From Octopus sinensis (taxonomy: Eukaryota): a DNA stretch of 64,000 nt. Under the pieces are notes generated by a model that did no database searches, had not been told where the DNA came from, and saw only the letters and a list, made by a program, of their open reading frames with translations. Made by a program: the position numbers and the translations under genes. The stretch lies in contig NC_043017.1 in the NCBI RefSeq assembly GCF_006345805.1, positions 33,976,001 to 34,040,000 of the forward strand. The letters run 5' to 3'. Positions 10,879 to 24,862 of this stretch are shown here, in pieces. Each line of letters starts with the position of its first letter. Position 1 is the first letter of the stretch.

Positions 10879-13154
10879 ATGTTAAATATTTGTGTTTTTA
10901 ATCGAACTTGTTTATTTTAATGATTTCAACGATTCGTTCGATTTCGTTCTATAGTCATTGTGAAACGCGTGAAATTTGAACAAATGAAAAGCAGAATAAT
11001 ACAGCAGCCAAATAATTTAATAGCTGTATAGTTTTTGTCTGTAATATTATTAGATAATTATAAGGAACATAATTATGTTACTTTTCATTTAAAAGAAACG
11101 TAATTATAGGTTAAAATAAGAAAATAAATAAATTTAAAAATCATATAATGAAAATTTAATTCTTTACAAAAATTAATTTCTCTAATAAAATACTTAAAAC
11201 ATGCAATAATTTAAATTCGTATTTTCCAAAGTTTCAAATAATTATCATTTTTCTGTTTTTCTATTTAAAACAGTTAATGAACGTTTTGGTTGTTTTAGAG
11301 ACAAAATGCAAAATTAATTTTGTATAGTACTAAAACTAAAATTTGAGCAAGATTTTAGAGAAATATTTATGTTTGCAGAAATGAAAATTAATTTCTCTTC
11401 ATAAAAGTATTAAGAAAATTGTCGCCCAACATGGGAAATTTGAATTTATTAAGTAAATTTAATTATTTTGTTAAGAAAATAACGTATTATGGAAAAGTTC
11501 ATCGGCCTTAGTAGGAAAATTATCTTTTTCAATTAACAAAAGTGTATAATGAAATATTTATCTTTTCCAAACAAAATGAATAATTTTTCTGTTTATAAAA
11601 CCCGCTACCTATTTCTCTAGCTATAACTCTTTCTAACTTTCTGTCCATCCAAATATTTATTCATTCAGGCGAGAAAATTACCGTAAAATTAAAAGCATAT
11701 AAGAAACGCCATTAATTTACTAATTTTATGGAGGATAATATACTTGTAAATATTACATGCACAGTGCAATCAATGACAAACAGTCATTTGTGACAGTAAG
11801 GGTAAATTTGATTGATTGATAAACACTACATATTATCTGTAAACACGCTATTTTTGTATGAAATTCCCAGTATTTTATAAACTTATAAATTTAACAATTT
11901 AACATTTATTTTTTAAAGCTGCCGTGCCAGATTGCAAAGGGACATTAACTTTGGCGTGTATGTAAAAGTGGTAGTGAACTGGGTGGAGAAATTTGCCTCC
12001 GGCTTATATGTTGTTATGTTGATATATTTCTGGATAGATCAACATCATTACCGGCAGAAAATTTCAGAGTTCACTTTTCCAATCGATGAAGCAAATAATA
12101 CTGTTATTGTTATCGTGCGTGGTGTATGTGTGTCTCCTTTGATTTTATAACTGTTGGCTGTGTTGTAGTTGTAACTGTTTTTGCGACTGTACCTGCTCCA
12201 CGTGATGTTACTACTCGTTTTGTTACATGAGATATTGCTCAGGTTTTTGTTTTTGGTGATGCTGAAGCATGACTGAATGATCTGTGTCATCTTTGTTTCT
12301 GTTTTATGGCACTACTGCTTTCACCATTCCACTCCGCTTCCTTGCTTGCAGCCTCAAGATGATTATGATCATCACGAATCCTTCCATCTTTGTTAGTAAT
12401 TTATCGTTTGTGTTGTATGTGTTTAGCAGTTATTCAAATCACTCTTATTTCCATTTGCATCAGTGAAGTTACGGATGAATGGTTTTTTTGTGAATGACCA
12501 TATGTTATGATAGGGGATTATTTTTTTGTGTCTGATTTTTATTCTCTTTGTGCATGTTCTTTGTTATTGCTTTTAATGTTAATTCCATTATTGGTTCTAA
12601 GAGCAACAGCTTACAAATTTGAAGAACGAGCTACGTCAGTTGCTTTTACCGTTGCTTAAATTATAATTTCTGTTGGTTTTGTTAGCGGGATTTTTGGTTT
12701 AGCTTTTGTTGTTTGTGCTATTCGTTTTCCGCTGATGATTTTGTTGGCAGCTATATATTCGATGAATATGCAGATGCCTCATCAAAGTTCTGGCCTTTAA
12801 CTTCATCAGACGTGACATATCATTTTGCCATGGATCGTTGTTTTCGTATATGTTGTTTGATAATTAAACGTACTGAGACAAATTATCTGTCATATCCATA
12901 TATATCCCTGTATCAGTATGTAAACAAACATTCGCGCGTTTTATTTTAGTTTGTTTGAATTTTCATGCTTGTTCTTCACCGGGGAAACATGCACACCCGA
13001 TGTCTGACAGCGACTGTAGAGCAGATATGGAAATATAACTGCTATTGTTCGTCGTAGTCATTCTAATTACCCTTTTACACTGGAAACAGCAGAGTGCATA
13101 CGTTCGTTTCCTTCACCACAGATCAAACTAAAGTCACAATAACGTAAATCAACA

Positions 13155-13580
13155 TAGGCGCAGGAGTGGCTGTGTGGTAAGTAGCTTGCTTACCAGCCAC
13201 ATGGTTCCGGGTTCAGTCCCACTGCGTGGCACCTTGGGCAAGTGTCTTCTACTATAGCCTCGGGCCGACCAAAGCTTTGTGAGTAGATTTGGTAGACGGA
13301 AACTGAAAGAAGCCCGTCGTATATATGTATATATATATATATATGTGTGTGTGTGCGTGTGTGTTTGTGTGTCTGTGTTTGTCCTCCTAGCATTGCTTGA
13401 CAACCGATGCTGGTGTGTTTATGTCCCCGTCACATAGCGGCTCGGCAAAAGAGACCGATAGAATAAGTACTGGGCTGACAAAGAATAAGTTCCGGGGTCG
13501 AGTTGCTCGTCTAAAGGTGGTGCTCCAGCATGGCCGCGGTCAAATGACTGAAACAAGTAAAAGAGTAAAAGAGTAAAAGA
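13155..13580 (+). mobile_element. SINE family A, full length
   Basis: tRNA-like head with B-box-like GGTTCAGTCCC, internal (TA)n(TG)n, 3' ..TGACTGAAACAA(GTAAAAGA)n tail. Confidence 0.92.
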
Positions 13581-15606
13581 GAGAATTCCACTCCTACAGC
13601 AATTGGCATCATAAAATCTCGACAAGTTTACCAGTTCTATTATTAATAGTTCCTCGAGAATCAACCGTGGCTAATGCCTGAGCCGATCATTTGACCATAT
13701 TTTCATCAACGTCAGGTAGAAATTTCCACGTGCATGCTGGGAAATGAGCGAACTCTTTGGATACGCATGTGACTACATAAGTTCCTTTCGCCCCCGTTTC
13801 ACAATATCATGTCGGTTACTCTATATCTCGCTCTCTTCACTGTTACCTTATAGTGTCTTATAATGTCTCCTCATTTTTTGTAGAAATTTCGATATGTAGT
13901 GAAGCATTACGATCTGTTCACCGTTTGCAGGAACGGTATTTACTGTACCTCTAAGAGATTTTATTTCTTTCTACTATCAAAATCATTTGTTTTGGAAAGA
14001 ATATTAATTAATCTACATCATGGTCCTTCTGTACATCTCCCGGCACTTGACCATCGATTGCTGTGGTTGTTCTGATCAAGGGCTCTACAATTTGAGCAAG
14101 CGGCCTGCTTTTGAGAGATTCACAACTCCAGCGGTCGGTTCAAGCTTAAGAGGTGCCATATAAACAAAATTAGCTTTAAGAGTATTTTTGGAAGCCTAAA
14201 ACCTGAAACGTGTCCCAATAAAGGCTGAACGGAATCGCCGACTAGTGTTCAGTATTCATTTTGTGTGCTGTCGTAACCCAATTCACATCACGGAAACAAA
14301 ATAAGCGTGCAAAAGGAAAAAAACAGGATAATAAATATTCGTGACATACCGTTTAACATTTATTATCTCCAATGTAGACACAAAAACACAGTATTTGGGA
14401 GAGGCGTTAGTTTATAAAACTACCGCGAGTATTTCACTCGTAATCAAATTTAATTTGAAGATTGATAGGTAATGTTGACCAGGATGAAATTTGAAGTGAA
14501 GCGTTTCTAGCGGGAACTAAAACAAACGAACCAATATTGTCATAATTCTGTCGATCCACTGTCAGACTAAAAATAATAATGATTTCTTACATGCGCACAG
14601 GGCCAAAAATTTGGGTGCTGGAGAGAACAATGGATTGAACTGATTCTAGTATGTGGCGGCTTTTGCTTCATTTTATCGACATTAGAACGGTCAAATGTGA
14701 TATTCATCTCAGCGGTTTTGAAATCAGAATGTAAACAACTATAAGTTAAATACCGATCAATGTTGTAAAGAATGAACCAACGTACCACTCTAATAATATA
14801 ACTAACGATAAGTACGGTTATAATGTGAAGTAGAAGCAGAATATGACAATGATGCTAATGAACATTACCAAATGTATAATGAATTAATTAAGCCAGCAAT
14901 ATATTGATTATCTATAGTAAGACTCCCAGGGTAAATCAGCTTAGCTCATTTTTTAAAATAACGCTGACGTATTTTTGCGTGTGCCTTAGATATAAGTGAA
15001 AAGTTCAAAGGTACTTTATTAAGCTTCACAGAATTTAATAACTCTTGGAGAGATACTAGTTTTCATTTCCGTCTTCATTACCAATGTTCTAATTATCAAT
15101 ATCACTTCCCCGTTTAGCACACACATGCACACAGATACACACGCAGACACACATACACAGTATATGTAAAAATGAGGGTTCGTGTATGCCTATGTGTAAA
15201 AATATATGTGACTAGATATAGCAATGCTTGCGTTTTCATTCTTTTGTTTCTAACAATAATATCCCCATCTGTTAAGTGTATAATTAAATAGTTAAATAGA
15301 AAAATAACATAATGCAACATAATGTGATTAAACTGTAACGTAAACATCTAAATAATAAGAATTCTAAAAAAAACATATATGATTTTCAAATTTGAAGAAA
15401 AATTTGTTTCAGACAGAAGTTTCGAAATTATATTCAATTGAAAATAATTATCATAATAAGATCTCCAGTCTCCTTATCTTGAACACGAAAAACAATGCCA
15501 CACACATATATGTATGTAATTGTATATACAATATATATAATAATAATTTGAGGGAATATTATTCCTAACTTACAGGGAAAAAATTCAATTTAGAAATATT
15601 TAGTCG

Positions 15607-15827
15607 AAGGCGGTGAACCGGCAGAATGGTTAGCATACTCAGCAAAATGCTTAGTGGAATTTCATTCGTCTTTACGTTCAAATTCAAATTCCGCCGAGGC
15701 CGACTTTGCCTTTCATCCTTTCGGGTCGATAAAATAGGTATGAATTAAACACTCCGATCAATCTAACTGATGTATCCCACGCGTCGCACTTGCTGGCCTT
15801 GTGCCAAAGTCTGAAACCATTATTATT
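15607..15827 (+). mobile_element. SINE B' (B head/core, alternative tail)
   Basis: AAGGCGGTGAACCGGCAGAA head, TTTGCCTTTCATCCTTTCGGGTCGAT core, tail CTTGTGCCAAAGTCTGAAACC. Confidence 0.8.
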
Positions 15828-16390
15828 ATCACTATTACTTAATATAAACTCACTTTACTTGCAGGTTGAGATTTGTATAAATTCTTTATTCTGATCCGTC
15901 CCTTAGATATTATAATAATTGAGGTCTTTGAAGTTACGTATTCAGTATGTAATGTAATGTCAGATATTTGAAACTATTGAAAAGAAATGAAATGAATCTC
16001 TACTGTAATCTTTAGAGACACTTTATTAATCGCTATCCATTTTATTCTAAGTCAAATATCAATGAAACGAAGAATATCACGACTGGTATGAATTTCCCAG
16101 CGCAGAGTTAGTTGCATTGAAGCATTGATTATAATCCGAATCCTTAAAAATAACACAGAATTATACGATTTCGATAGAAGTTATATCAGAAACCGTGATT
16201 TAAGTCTTCAGAATAAAGTTTTAATGATAGGCATTCAATTCAAATTAATACTTTAATCACAGTTTTAAGGAATTTCAGGAAATAAGAAATTTAGAGAATA
16301 CTTTTATATCAAAATTAAATACAACAAATATACGCTCTGAGTTTATTTTGATTTTCGAAGAATGGCTCATTTTACGATTTCGTGTTAAAG

Positions 16391-16610
16391 TATTGATCTC
16401 AAACTTTGGTTCAAGACCAGTATTTTGGGTGAAGTATGTCATTTACATACCCCCTCCCGTTATCAACTGGTACTTATTCTATCGACCCCGAAAGGATTAA
16501 AGGAAAAAGTCGACATCGGTTGAATTTGAACTCAGAACGTAAAGACTGACGAAATGCCACCAAGCATTTTGCCCCGCACGTTAACGGTTCTGCAAAGTCG
16601 CCGCCGCCTT
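16391..16610 (-). mobile_element. SINE B', diverged
   Basis: Reverse complement of B head/core (ATCGACCCCGAAAGGA..TTTGAACTCAG) plus B' tail. Confidence 0.75.
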
Positions 16611-17651
16611 TTTCAAGTTAAAATATTACTAAATTAAAAATCGTTACTTAAATTGAGCTTCATAAAGAAAATTAAGCGATAATATTTTAAACGGACTTAT
16701 TTTAGAAGTTCAAAAAGGCTATGATCAATTGAAAATTACAACAAATATATCTTCCGGAAACGGATGAAGTAGACGAATTAAGGCAAATAGGTTACCATTC
16801 CTTATAGTAGAACAATATCAGGATCTTTTCTGTTTGGCCTCTACTTTTCAATTCCTTCTGTTGATTTCAAACTTGGTGTATTGATGTAGTTTTGTATGCT
16901 TATTATGGAACTGAATTTATTTTTGCCTTAAATTAATAAATACAAAAAGTTAATAGCTTTTTAAGTTTGCAAATTTGGAGTCATTTTAGCCAGTCGAAAG
17001 CCACAGACGTACTGGTGCCTGTTTTTGTAATAACAAGACAAGTTGCAGTGTGGTCTGCATACCCTGTCGTGTATGATGAAGAAATTGAAAACCAAAGAGG
17101 ATGTAGTTGACCGAGTAGCCCTATGATCAAACGGAACATTCTAATGCTGAATGCCCCACAGCTTTAGAGCTGTCTAAGAGTACCATAATCTAGTATGTCC
17201 TTCCTCGTTTCATAACGTTAGGTTGTTTTTTCGGGAGGAGAATTGGCTGCCTTCTCCAGCAGTTCAATCGTTATGAATTTGACTACAGTTTGTTTTGTTT
17301 CTTTTTTGTTTCCGTAATTTAACATTCTACTAGTGTTCGCATTGCATGCCTATTCCAAGGTTTCACATGACTTTATTTGTTAAAACTTATTAAAACTTTG
17401 GTCTTTAAATGTTGTCACATGTCATCGTAATGTTGTCCATTACAAAACGCTAGTTTCTGAATCATGTCCTCTCATTGGGTGAAAATGATGAAACTTTAAG
17501 CCTCTGTTAGATGTTTCTAAACTATTTTTGGATCAAGTGAATGACATCAGATTCAGCGTAAAAAATTACATCAATATGCCAAATGAAAAAGATTTTCAGT
17601 CAATTTAAAAATTTTTAAATGTGAATCCAAACAGAAAAGATCTCAATACAT

Positions 17652-17889
17652 ATTTCTATTTCTTTACTACCCACAAGGGGGTAAACACAGGGAGGACAAA
17701 CAAGGACAGACAAAGGGATTAAGTCTATTACATCGACCCCAGTGCATAACTGGTACTTTATTTATCGACCCCGAAAGGATGAAATGCAAAGTCGACCTCA
17801 GCGGAATTTGAACTCAGAACATAACGATAGACGAAATACCGCTGAGCATTTCGCCCAGCGCGCTAACGTTTCTGCCAGCTCGCCGCCTT
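17652..17889 (-). mobile_element. SINE B monomer
   Basis: Full head plus one body; the tail reads AAAGAAATAGAAATA on the minus strand. Confidence 0.9.
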
Positions 17890-18666
17890 TTGTCTCAAAA
17901 GATCTCAATATCATTTAATTAATCCCTAAAATCGGTACCATCTATATTTTTCCACAAACACGCACATAATACATCGAAAACCATGTTAATGAGGGCACAG
18001 ATTTTTACCAGACAGATAGATCACCTATGAACAGCAGGAAATCAACACTCAACGAGCACAATGTTAAGGAATGAAGGGCGTGCTTTATTTTACTGGTCTT
18101 GATATACAAAGCCCGGGAAGAAATGGAAAGATCTCAACTAGGGCGATTTTCTATATAGTTTTCTCCAATCAGGATTACTCCGACGATAAACAAACAGAGC
18201 AGACTTGGACGCTATTCAATAACTTGCATGGATACTAATACCAGCGAACTACAAAGTGTGTGTATTTACCTTTTATCAATGACATCAAAACCTGCATAAA
18301 CACCGTTGTAATCTGTACAATGAACAAAAATATCAACTACAGCGCAAGCACATACGCCGTTCTCTGAATAGTTTTATTTATGAATATAAGTATAGTTTTC
18401 TATTTCGACTGGAGTAGTTCTTCAAGCTTTAGTTTTGGAACTCTTGCATCTTTCAATCTGACAAGACAAGTCTCTCACTTTTCTGAACTAAGAGACTAGA
18501 TTTATCTTCATGTCATGTTTGGAGGGAATCAACAATATGTATTGCATAAGAAGTGTCAAGCTTATCTCTCATCTCAAAGGAATTAATGATGCATACATCA
18601 TATATAGATAGGTAGGTAGGCAGAGGGAGAGAATTAGAGAAATAGATATTTATACATACATACATG

Positions 18667-18705
<39 letters not shown>

Positions 18706-18737
18706 GTGCGTTTATTTTTGTGCATATATAATGAAAG

Positions 18738-19082
18738 ACAGAAAGAATAAAGTAATGAAAGATATAAAAATGTAATAGAGTCATGAAAAAACACACATGT
18801 CCAATACACCTCTAAGATATATATCATATGTGGATGTAACGTCAGTATATTACGATAAAAAAAAGATTTGTGCATGTATGTACTACATAAACCTCCGAGA
18901 TAACTTTGTTTTACACATGCGTATATGTTTACCAACTTGCACATCTGCGCATATTCTACCCATATATATTTCTGCACACACGTAAAAACACGTAAAAACA
19001 TATGTGGAGATTGTCTTCTTATGTGTATGTATACACATTTATGTCTACCTATCTATCTCTGTAACACACACACATACACAGT

Positions 19083-19085
<3 letters not shown>
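18738..19085 (+). repeat. ~350-bp segment directly duplicated at 22740-23062
   Basis: ACAGAAAGAATAAA..TAATGAAAGATATAAAAATGTAATAGAGTCATG.. continuing to CA/TA repeats is present at both loci, with small indels. Confidence 0.92.
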
Positions 19086-19146
<61 letters not shown>

Positions 19147-19755
19147 ATATATATGTGGGCGTATGAGTATGTGTGTATATGCGTGTGCGTATATATATAT
19201 ATATATTATATATATATATATATAATATATATATATGTGTGTGTATATATATATATATATATATACATGTATATTTGTATAATACTTAAGTTTCATAAGA
19301 AGTTAATACTTGAAGCAATATACTCGTGAAAAACTCAGCAATTGTATTATGTCCTTGAGGAAGGATTTCAGCACGACTTGTTTACAAGATTTTCACTAAA
19401 TTTAACCCAAATATAAAGTAAAGAAACAACCAATAATCAATTGACATGTCCTGAATAAAAACAAAATTGACTCCATTTAGCATTTTATAAAATGGGCCTG
19501 CTAGATATTATAGATTCTTAAAAGTCAATTCTGTTTTGATTTGTTCGCAAAGAAGAAAAAAATGATGAGGAATAAAATATACTTAGATTTCATTGGTCGA
19601 AAGTGTTAAAGGAAGTCAGGAAAATAACGCTAAAGGTGATTTGAAAAGTAAGTAATAAATCTAGTAAAGAAGAGAAGAAAACGTAAAAAAAAAAAACGAA
19701 CAGAATGAATTTGTTGCATTAATACATATATACATACACTTAAGTGTATATATAC

Positions 19756-20490
<735 letters not shown>

Positions 20491-20874
20491 TGAAGCAGGT
20501 GTCATTGCTTTACTTACTCTGTAATTTTGTTTCACTTCCGCTGCTTTTAACTTTCAAACTGTTTCTCTCTCTCAAATCAATCTCTTTGTCATCCAGTATT
20601 AAAATTTTGTTTGTATATTCTGTTGTATGCGACTATTTAGGCCTGCAGTGTATTGTAAGTCGAAGGCAGAACAAAAGTGTTTCGGTGTATACAAAGTAAA
20701 TAATTTCTTCATAACATTCTTTAAATTATATATCAATTAGGTCTGAGAACTTATAGCAAAGACTTTATTAAGATGGTGTAGAGATGATTAAAGATGTAAG
20801 ACGGTGCTCTATAATTCTAGTGCAAACTCTGTAGTGAAAATAGTTCCATACACATACTTATAGGCATAGGTATA

Positions 20875-21290
20875 TACTCTTTTACTCTTTTACTTGTTTC
20901 AGTCATTTGACTGCGGCCATGCTGGAGCACCACCTTTAGTCGAGCAAATCGACCCCGGAACTTATTCTTTGTAAGCCCAGTACTTATTCTTTCGGTCTCT
21001 TTTGCCGAACCGCTAAGTGACGGGGACGTAAACACACCAGCATCGGTTGTCAAGCAATGCAGGGGGACAAACACAGACACACAAACATATACACACACAC
21101 TTATATATATATATATACATATATACGACAGGCTTCTTTCAGTTTCCGTCTACCAAATCCACTCATAAGGCATTGGTCGGCTCGGGGCTATAGCAGAAGA
21201 CACTTGCCCAAGGTGCCACGCAGTGGGACTGAACCCGGAACCATGTGGTTGGTTAGCAAGCTACTTACCACACAGCCACTCCTGCACCTA
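20875..21290 (-). mobile_element. SINE family A, full length
   Basis: Reverse complement of the 13155-13580 element. A decayed second family-A head follows on + at ~21291-21400. Confidence 0.92.
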
Positions 21291-21825
21291 TGGCTGTGTT
21301 TCTTTCCTTTCCAGTCTCATAGTTTTGGGTTCAGTTCTACTGCGTGGCACCTAGGGCACATCACTTCTTCTATAGCTTCAGGCTGACCAAAGCTTTGTGA
21401 GCGCGCTTCGTTAACGGATCTGAAATAGTAGACCTTGTTGAGCTTCATTCACAAGCGTCTGGCTAACAGTTTGCGATGAAGAGAACACATCTTACGTACT
21501 CGTTGAAGAACATCCAGAAAAATCAAGGAAACTATCTGACGTGGCTAACGGAGAAAAGTGAAAGTGTTATCAAGCTAGAAGAGGCCTTCTATCAAAGTTT
21601 ATTTGTTTCACACTTTTTGCCCCACCCTCAGCACTTCCCCTTAGGGCAGTCCCTTCAGTTTGCTTCTGCATCCCCTTCCCCACACCAACCACTAGTATAA
21701 GCATACACAGCTGACACAAAAGTTCCCCAAACCTTAAAAGCGAATAAAGGAAAGATGGCTTGGGTATGTATTACAATTGAACATACACTTCTGTGTACAT
21801 TCGGAAAACTAACATTTAATCAGTT

Positions 21826-21960
21826 AAGACGGAGAGCTCGCAAATTCCGGCCAATATTAACTTTGCCTGTCATCCTTTCGCGGTCGATAAAATAGGTACC
21901 AGTTGAACACTAGAGTCTCCCGAACATGCTGGCCTTGTGCCAAAATTTGGAATCAATATT
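21826..21960 (+). mobile_element. SINE B' with deleted head
   Basis: TTTGCCTGTCATCCTTTCGCGGTCGATAAAATAGGTACCAG core and CTTGTGCCAAAATTTGG tail. Confidence 0.7.
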
Positions 21961-22334
21961 TAACACGGTTAATTAAACTTTACAAATTAAATTTTAGAAA
22001 TACTGTAGGCATTTCGATAAATTATGATTATGAAATATTGAGCTATTAATTATTTTGTTTCACAGCATTTTTTGAATGACGAATAAATATTTCGAAAACT
22101 ACGGTATTTACACATATTTTACCAATTTTCCTATTATATTTTGATTCCAAGTCACATACTACAATCATTATATTTACTGCTAGTCTTTAATATTTGATTA
22201 CGGTTGATTACAATTGATTTCAGGGAAAACAAAGTTTTTGTTCTTTTCGTAATATACTTAAAATCTGAAATTCAAATTGAATAAAATATCTAAGAGCCTA
22301 CATGTAGAATGTTTTATTCCCATAGTGTTTGACC

Positions 22335-23093
22335 TCTAACACTAAACATTAAAACATTCCGAGGAGAATCCTGAAGAAATGAAGTTAACCTGCTTGACAC
22401 GCAGCGTAATTTGATCACTACAGCTCCCAGACGTTATTCCAAAATTGGTGGGTTCCCTCTGCTGATGAGGTATATCATCTTTTGTATCTCCCCTCAAGCT
22501 CTTCAAAAACTGCCTCTGGTTGTTTGTGAATAACCTATTTTGATGGAACGGCGATACGCGTTCAGTGTAGTGTTGCACCTTCAATACTTTTGCCTGAATA
22601 GGTTGTTTTAGGATTTCAATAACGGGTTTTGAGCCCTTTCTATTTCATATGGCATTTCGTTTCAAGATATGCCTTCACACCTTTTTTAGTTTCTTTCCGC
22701 TACCCTTTGTAGTGTTCTTCTATGCGCCTTCGATTCTCCACAGAAAGAATAAAATAATGAAAGATATAAAAATGTAATAGAGTCATGAAAAAACACACAT
22801 GTCCAATAAGATATATATCATATGTGGTTGTAACGTCAGTATATTATGATAAAAAAGATTTGTGCATGTATGTACTACATAAACCTCCGAGATAACTTTG
22901 TTTTACACATGCGTATGTTTACCAACTTGCACATCTGCGCATATTCTACCCATATATATTTCTGCACACACGTAAAAACATATGTGGAGGTTGTCTTCTT
23001 ATGTGTATGTATACACATTTATGTCTACCTATCATCTCTATACACACACACACATACACATTTATATATATATATTTATATACATATATATAT

Positions 23094-23137
<44 letters not shown>

Positions 23138-23400
23138 TTCTTCATGATTCTTTTGAGACGCGCATTTCCCATTGTCACGGTGGAAGCAGTTCAAAATCCC
23201 GGGTTCGGTCTCAGCTCTTGTATTGATTATTTCTTTGAGTCGTCTTATGTTTAGGTCTCTTTTTTCCTCAGTCATATCCTAGTAACACAGTCATACCAGT
23301 CATATCCATGATAATACTTGGTTCTCAAGATTATACTGCATCCTTCCCATTTCACCACGCAACTACCTCTCCTCTGCAATAACTTCACCTTGCCTATTCA
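22335..23400 (-). mobile_element. Decayed non-LTR retrotransposon ORF fragment (R4/Dong-like), interrupted by an insertion at 22741-23133
   Basis: ORF 22342..22584 (KVQHYTERVSPFHQNRLFTNNQRQFLKSLRG) and upstream ..RRRIEE.. resemble the region N-terminal to the RT domain in R4/Dong-type LINEs (recognised from family knowledge). Confidence 0.55.
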
Positions 23401-23426
23401 TATGTTGATTTTCGCTTATATTATCC

Positions 23427-23645
23427 CTATTTCTTTATTACCCATAAGGGGCTAAACACAGAGGGGACAAACAAGGACAGTCATAGGTATTGAATCGATT
23501 ATATCGACCCCAGTGGGTAATTGGTACTTAATTTATCGACCCCGAAAGGATGAAAGGCAAAGTCGACCTCGGCGGAATTTGAACTCACAACGTAACGCTA
23601 AGCATTTCGCCCGGCGTGCTAACGTTTCTGCCAGCTCGCCGCCTT
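23427..23645 (-). mobile_element. SINE B monomer
   Basis: Head plus one body (with an internal deletion near the B box). Confidence 0.88.
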
Positions 23646-24565
23646 ATATTATCCCGCTCGAAGTTATCATCACTACAGAGGCTCTCTCTGATTGTCTGAA
23701 TTCGGGTTTCATAAAGAACGCCTCTGTTCCGAATCGTTCTTATATGATTCATGAGCTCATTTTCACTAATCTGGAACGTACTTAGCTGGTTTTAAAGTCC
23801 AAGTGCTCTTTTTACCATTGCCTTTCTCTAGCAAGGCTTGTACATGACACCTAATGGCTTTTTGTTTACATCGATCGACCACTTGCGTTTGCTAACACGT
23901 TGCATATTTGAACAGTAAAGGGAACACGACCGGGAGGAGTCTGATATACCACTTCATTGCCCTCTGAGCGAGCTTTGTCGGGCGCGGGAGCTCCAGTGTC
24001 TTAGACACTTAGGTGAATCTTCCTGTTCACGCCGTTATTTGAATAGGTATTAGTTTTCATCGCCGGATTGAACAAGTGATCAGGGTTTATTCTTCAAATG
24101 TGTCTAGTTGAGATATTCAGGTAACGGGACACCCCATTTACAACGCCAACTCTAACTTGGTTGACGTCCTAGGCTTGGGATCGCCAAGTTCTTCCTGTGT
24201 AACTGGCTGTAGGACTCACACATACACAGGAGTTACACCGGCCCCTGCAAAGTAGTGGTGGCACTAATTTCCAGAACCTTTCACATGGACAGCCGCATAC
24301 AGAATTATATTATCCGATGTGTGCTTTCTCTTAGATGTTATGTCCGATTTGAAAGAGATTTAACAGATTTCTCTATCATGCCGAATGAGTTCGCAGAGAA
24401 TCCATTGCTAATTTGTAATCTTCAGTGGATAAGCTGAGAGTACGAAATAAATTAAGTGAAATCACTGCCATTATCTGTTGTCTGGGGAGGGTCATTTTCT
24501 TTTTGTGCCTTATAATGTAACACACTCACCGGTAAAATTTCCACTTTTTTCTTATTTTTATTTTC

Positions 24566-24602
24566 CTAAACTTTTCGTTGCGTCTTGCAACCTTTTCAAT
24601 AG
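24566..24602 (-). ncRNA. Candidate minimal type I hammerhead motif, U3-A8 variant (degenerate)
   Basis: Minus strand: CTA TTGAAAA G GTTGC AAGAC GCAAC GAAA AGT T TAG. It is enclosed by a perfect 16-bp inverted repeat (24522-24537 / 24604-24619). Confidence 0.4.
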
Positions 24603-24617
24603 TTTTTACCGGTGAGT

Positions 24618-24862
24618 GTTAGTTAGTTAATTTTTGGCTCAAAAGCAAATAGCAAGGCCATGTAGGGGGACATGGAGTTAAGTACAGGGTGGTGTTCATG
24701 TAAAGAGTTCAGGCCACTTGAGGTCAAGGGAGACTTTGAACAAAGCGGTCGTCGGCATCTTCACCATCTCGTCTGGCAGCTTGTTCCACGGATCCGCAAC
24801 CCGGACGGAGAAAGCTCCTCTCCTTCGATTGAGATGAAATCGTCGCAGGTAGAGCTGCGTTA
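24618..24862 (-). mobile_element. CR1-type LINE 3' end
   Basis: ORF 24696..24971 ends in RRFHLNRRRGAFSVRVADPWNKLPDEMVKMPTTALFKVSLDLKW, the typical CR1/L2 ORF2 C-terminus. A short (TAAC)n tail follows. Confidence 0.8.

Noticed and set aside
11930-12960. Repeat-free, G/T-skewed island with short ORFs (12048..12290, 12713..12949)
   Set aside because: Every frame is interrupted, there are no recognisable motifs or good splice sites, and it could be UTR or old repeat. It cannot be supported as coding.
17990-18480. Possible decayed LINE reverse transcriptase (..PFINDI.. motif)
   Set aside because: Only one short motif is visible; too weak without a profile search.
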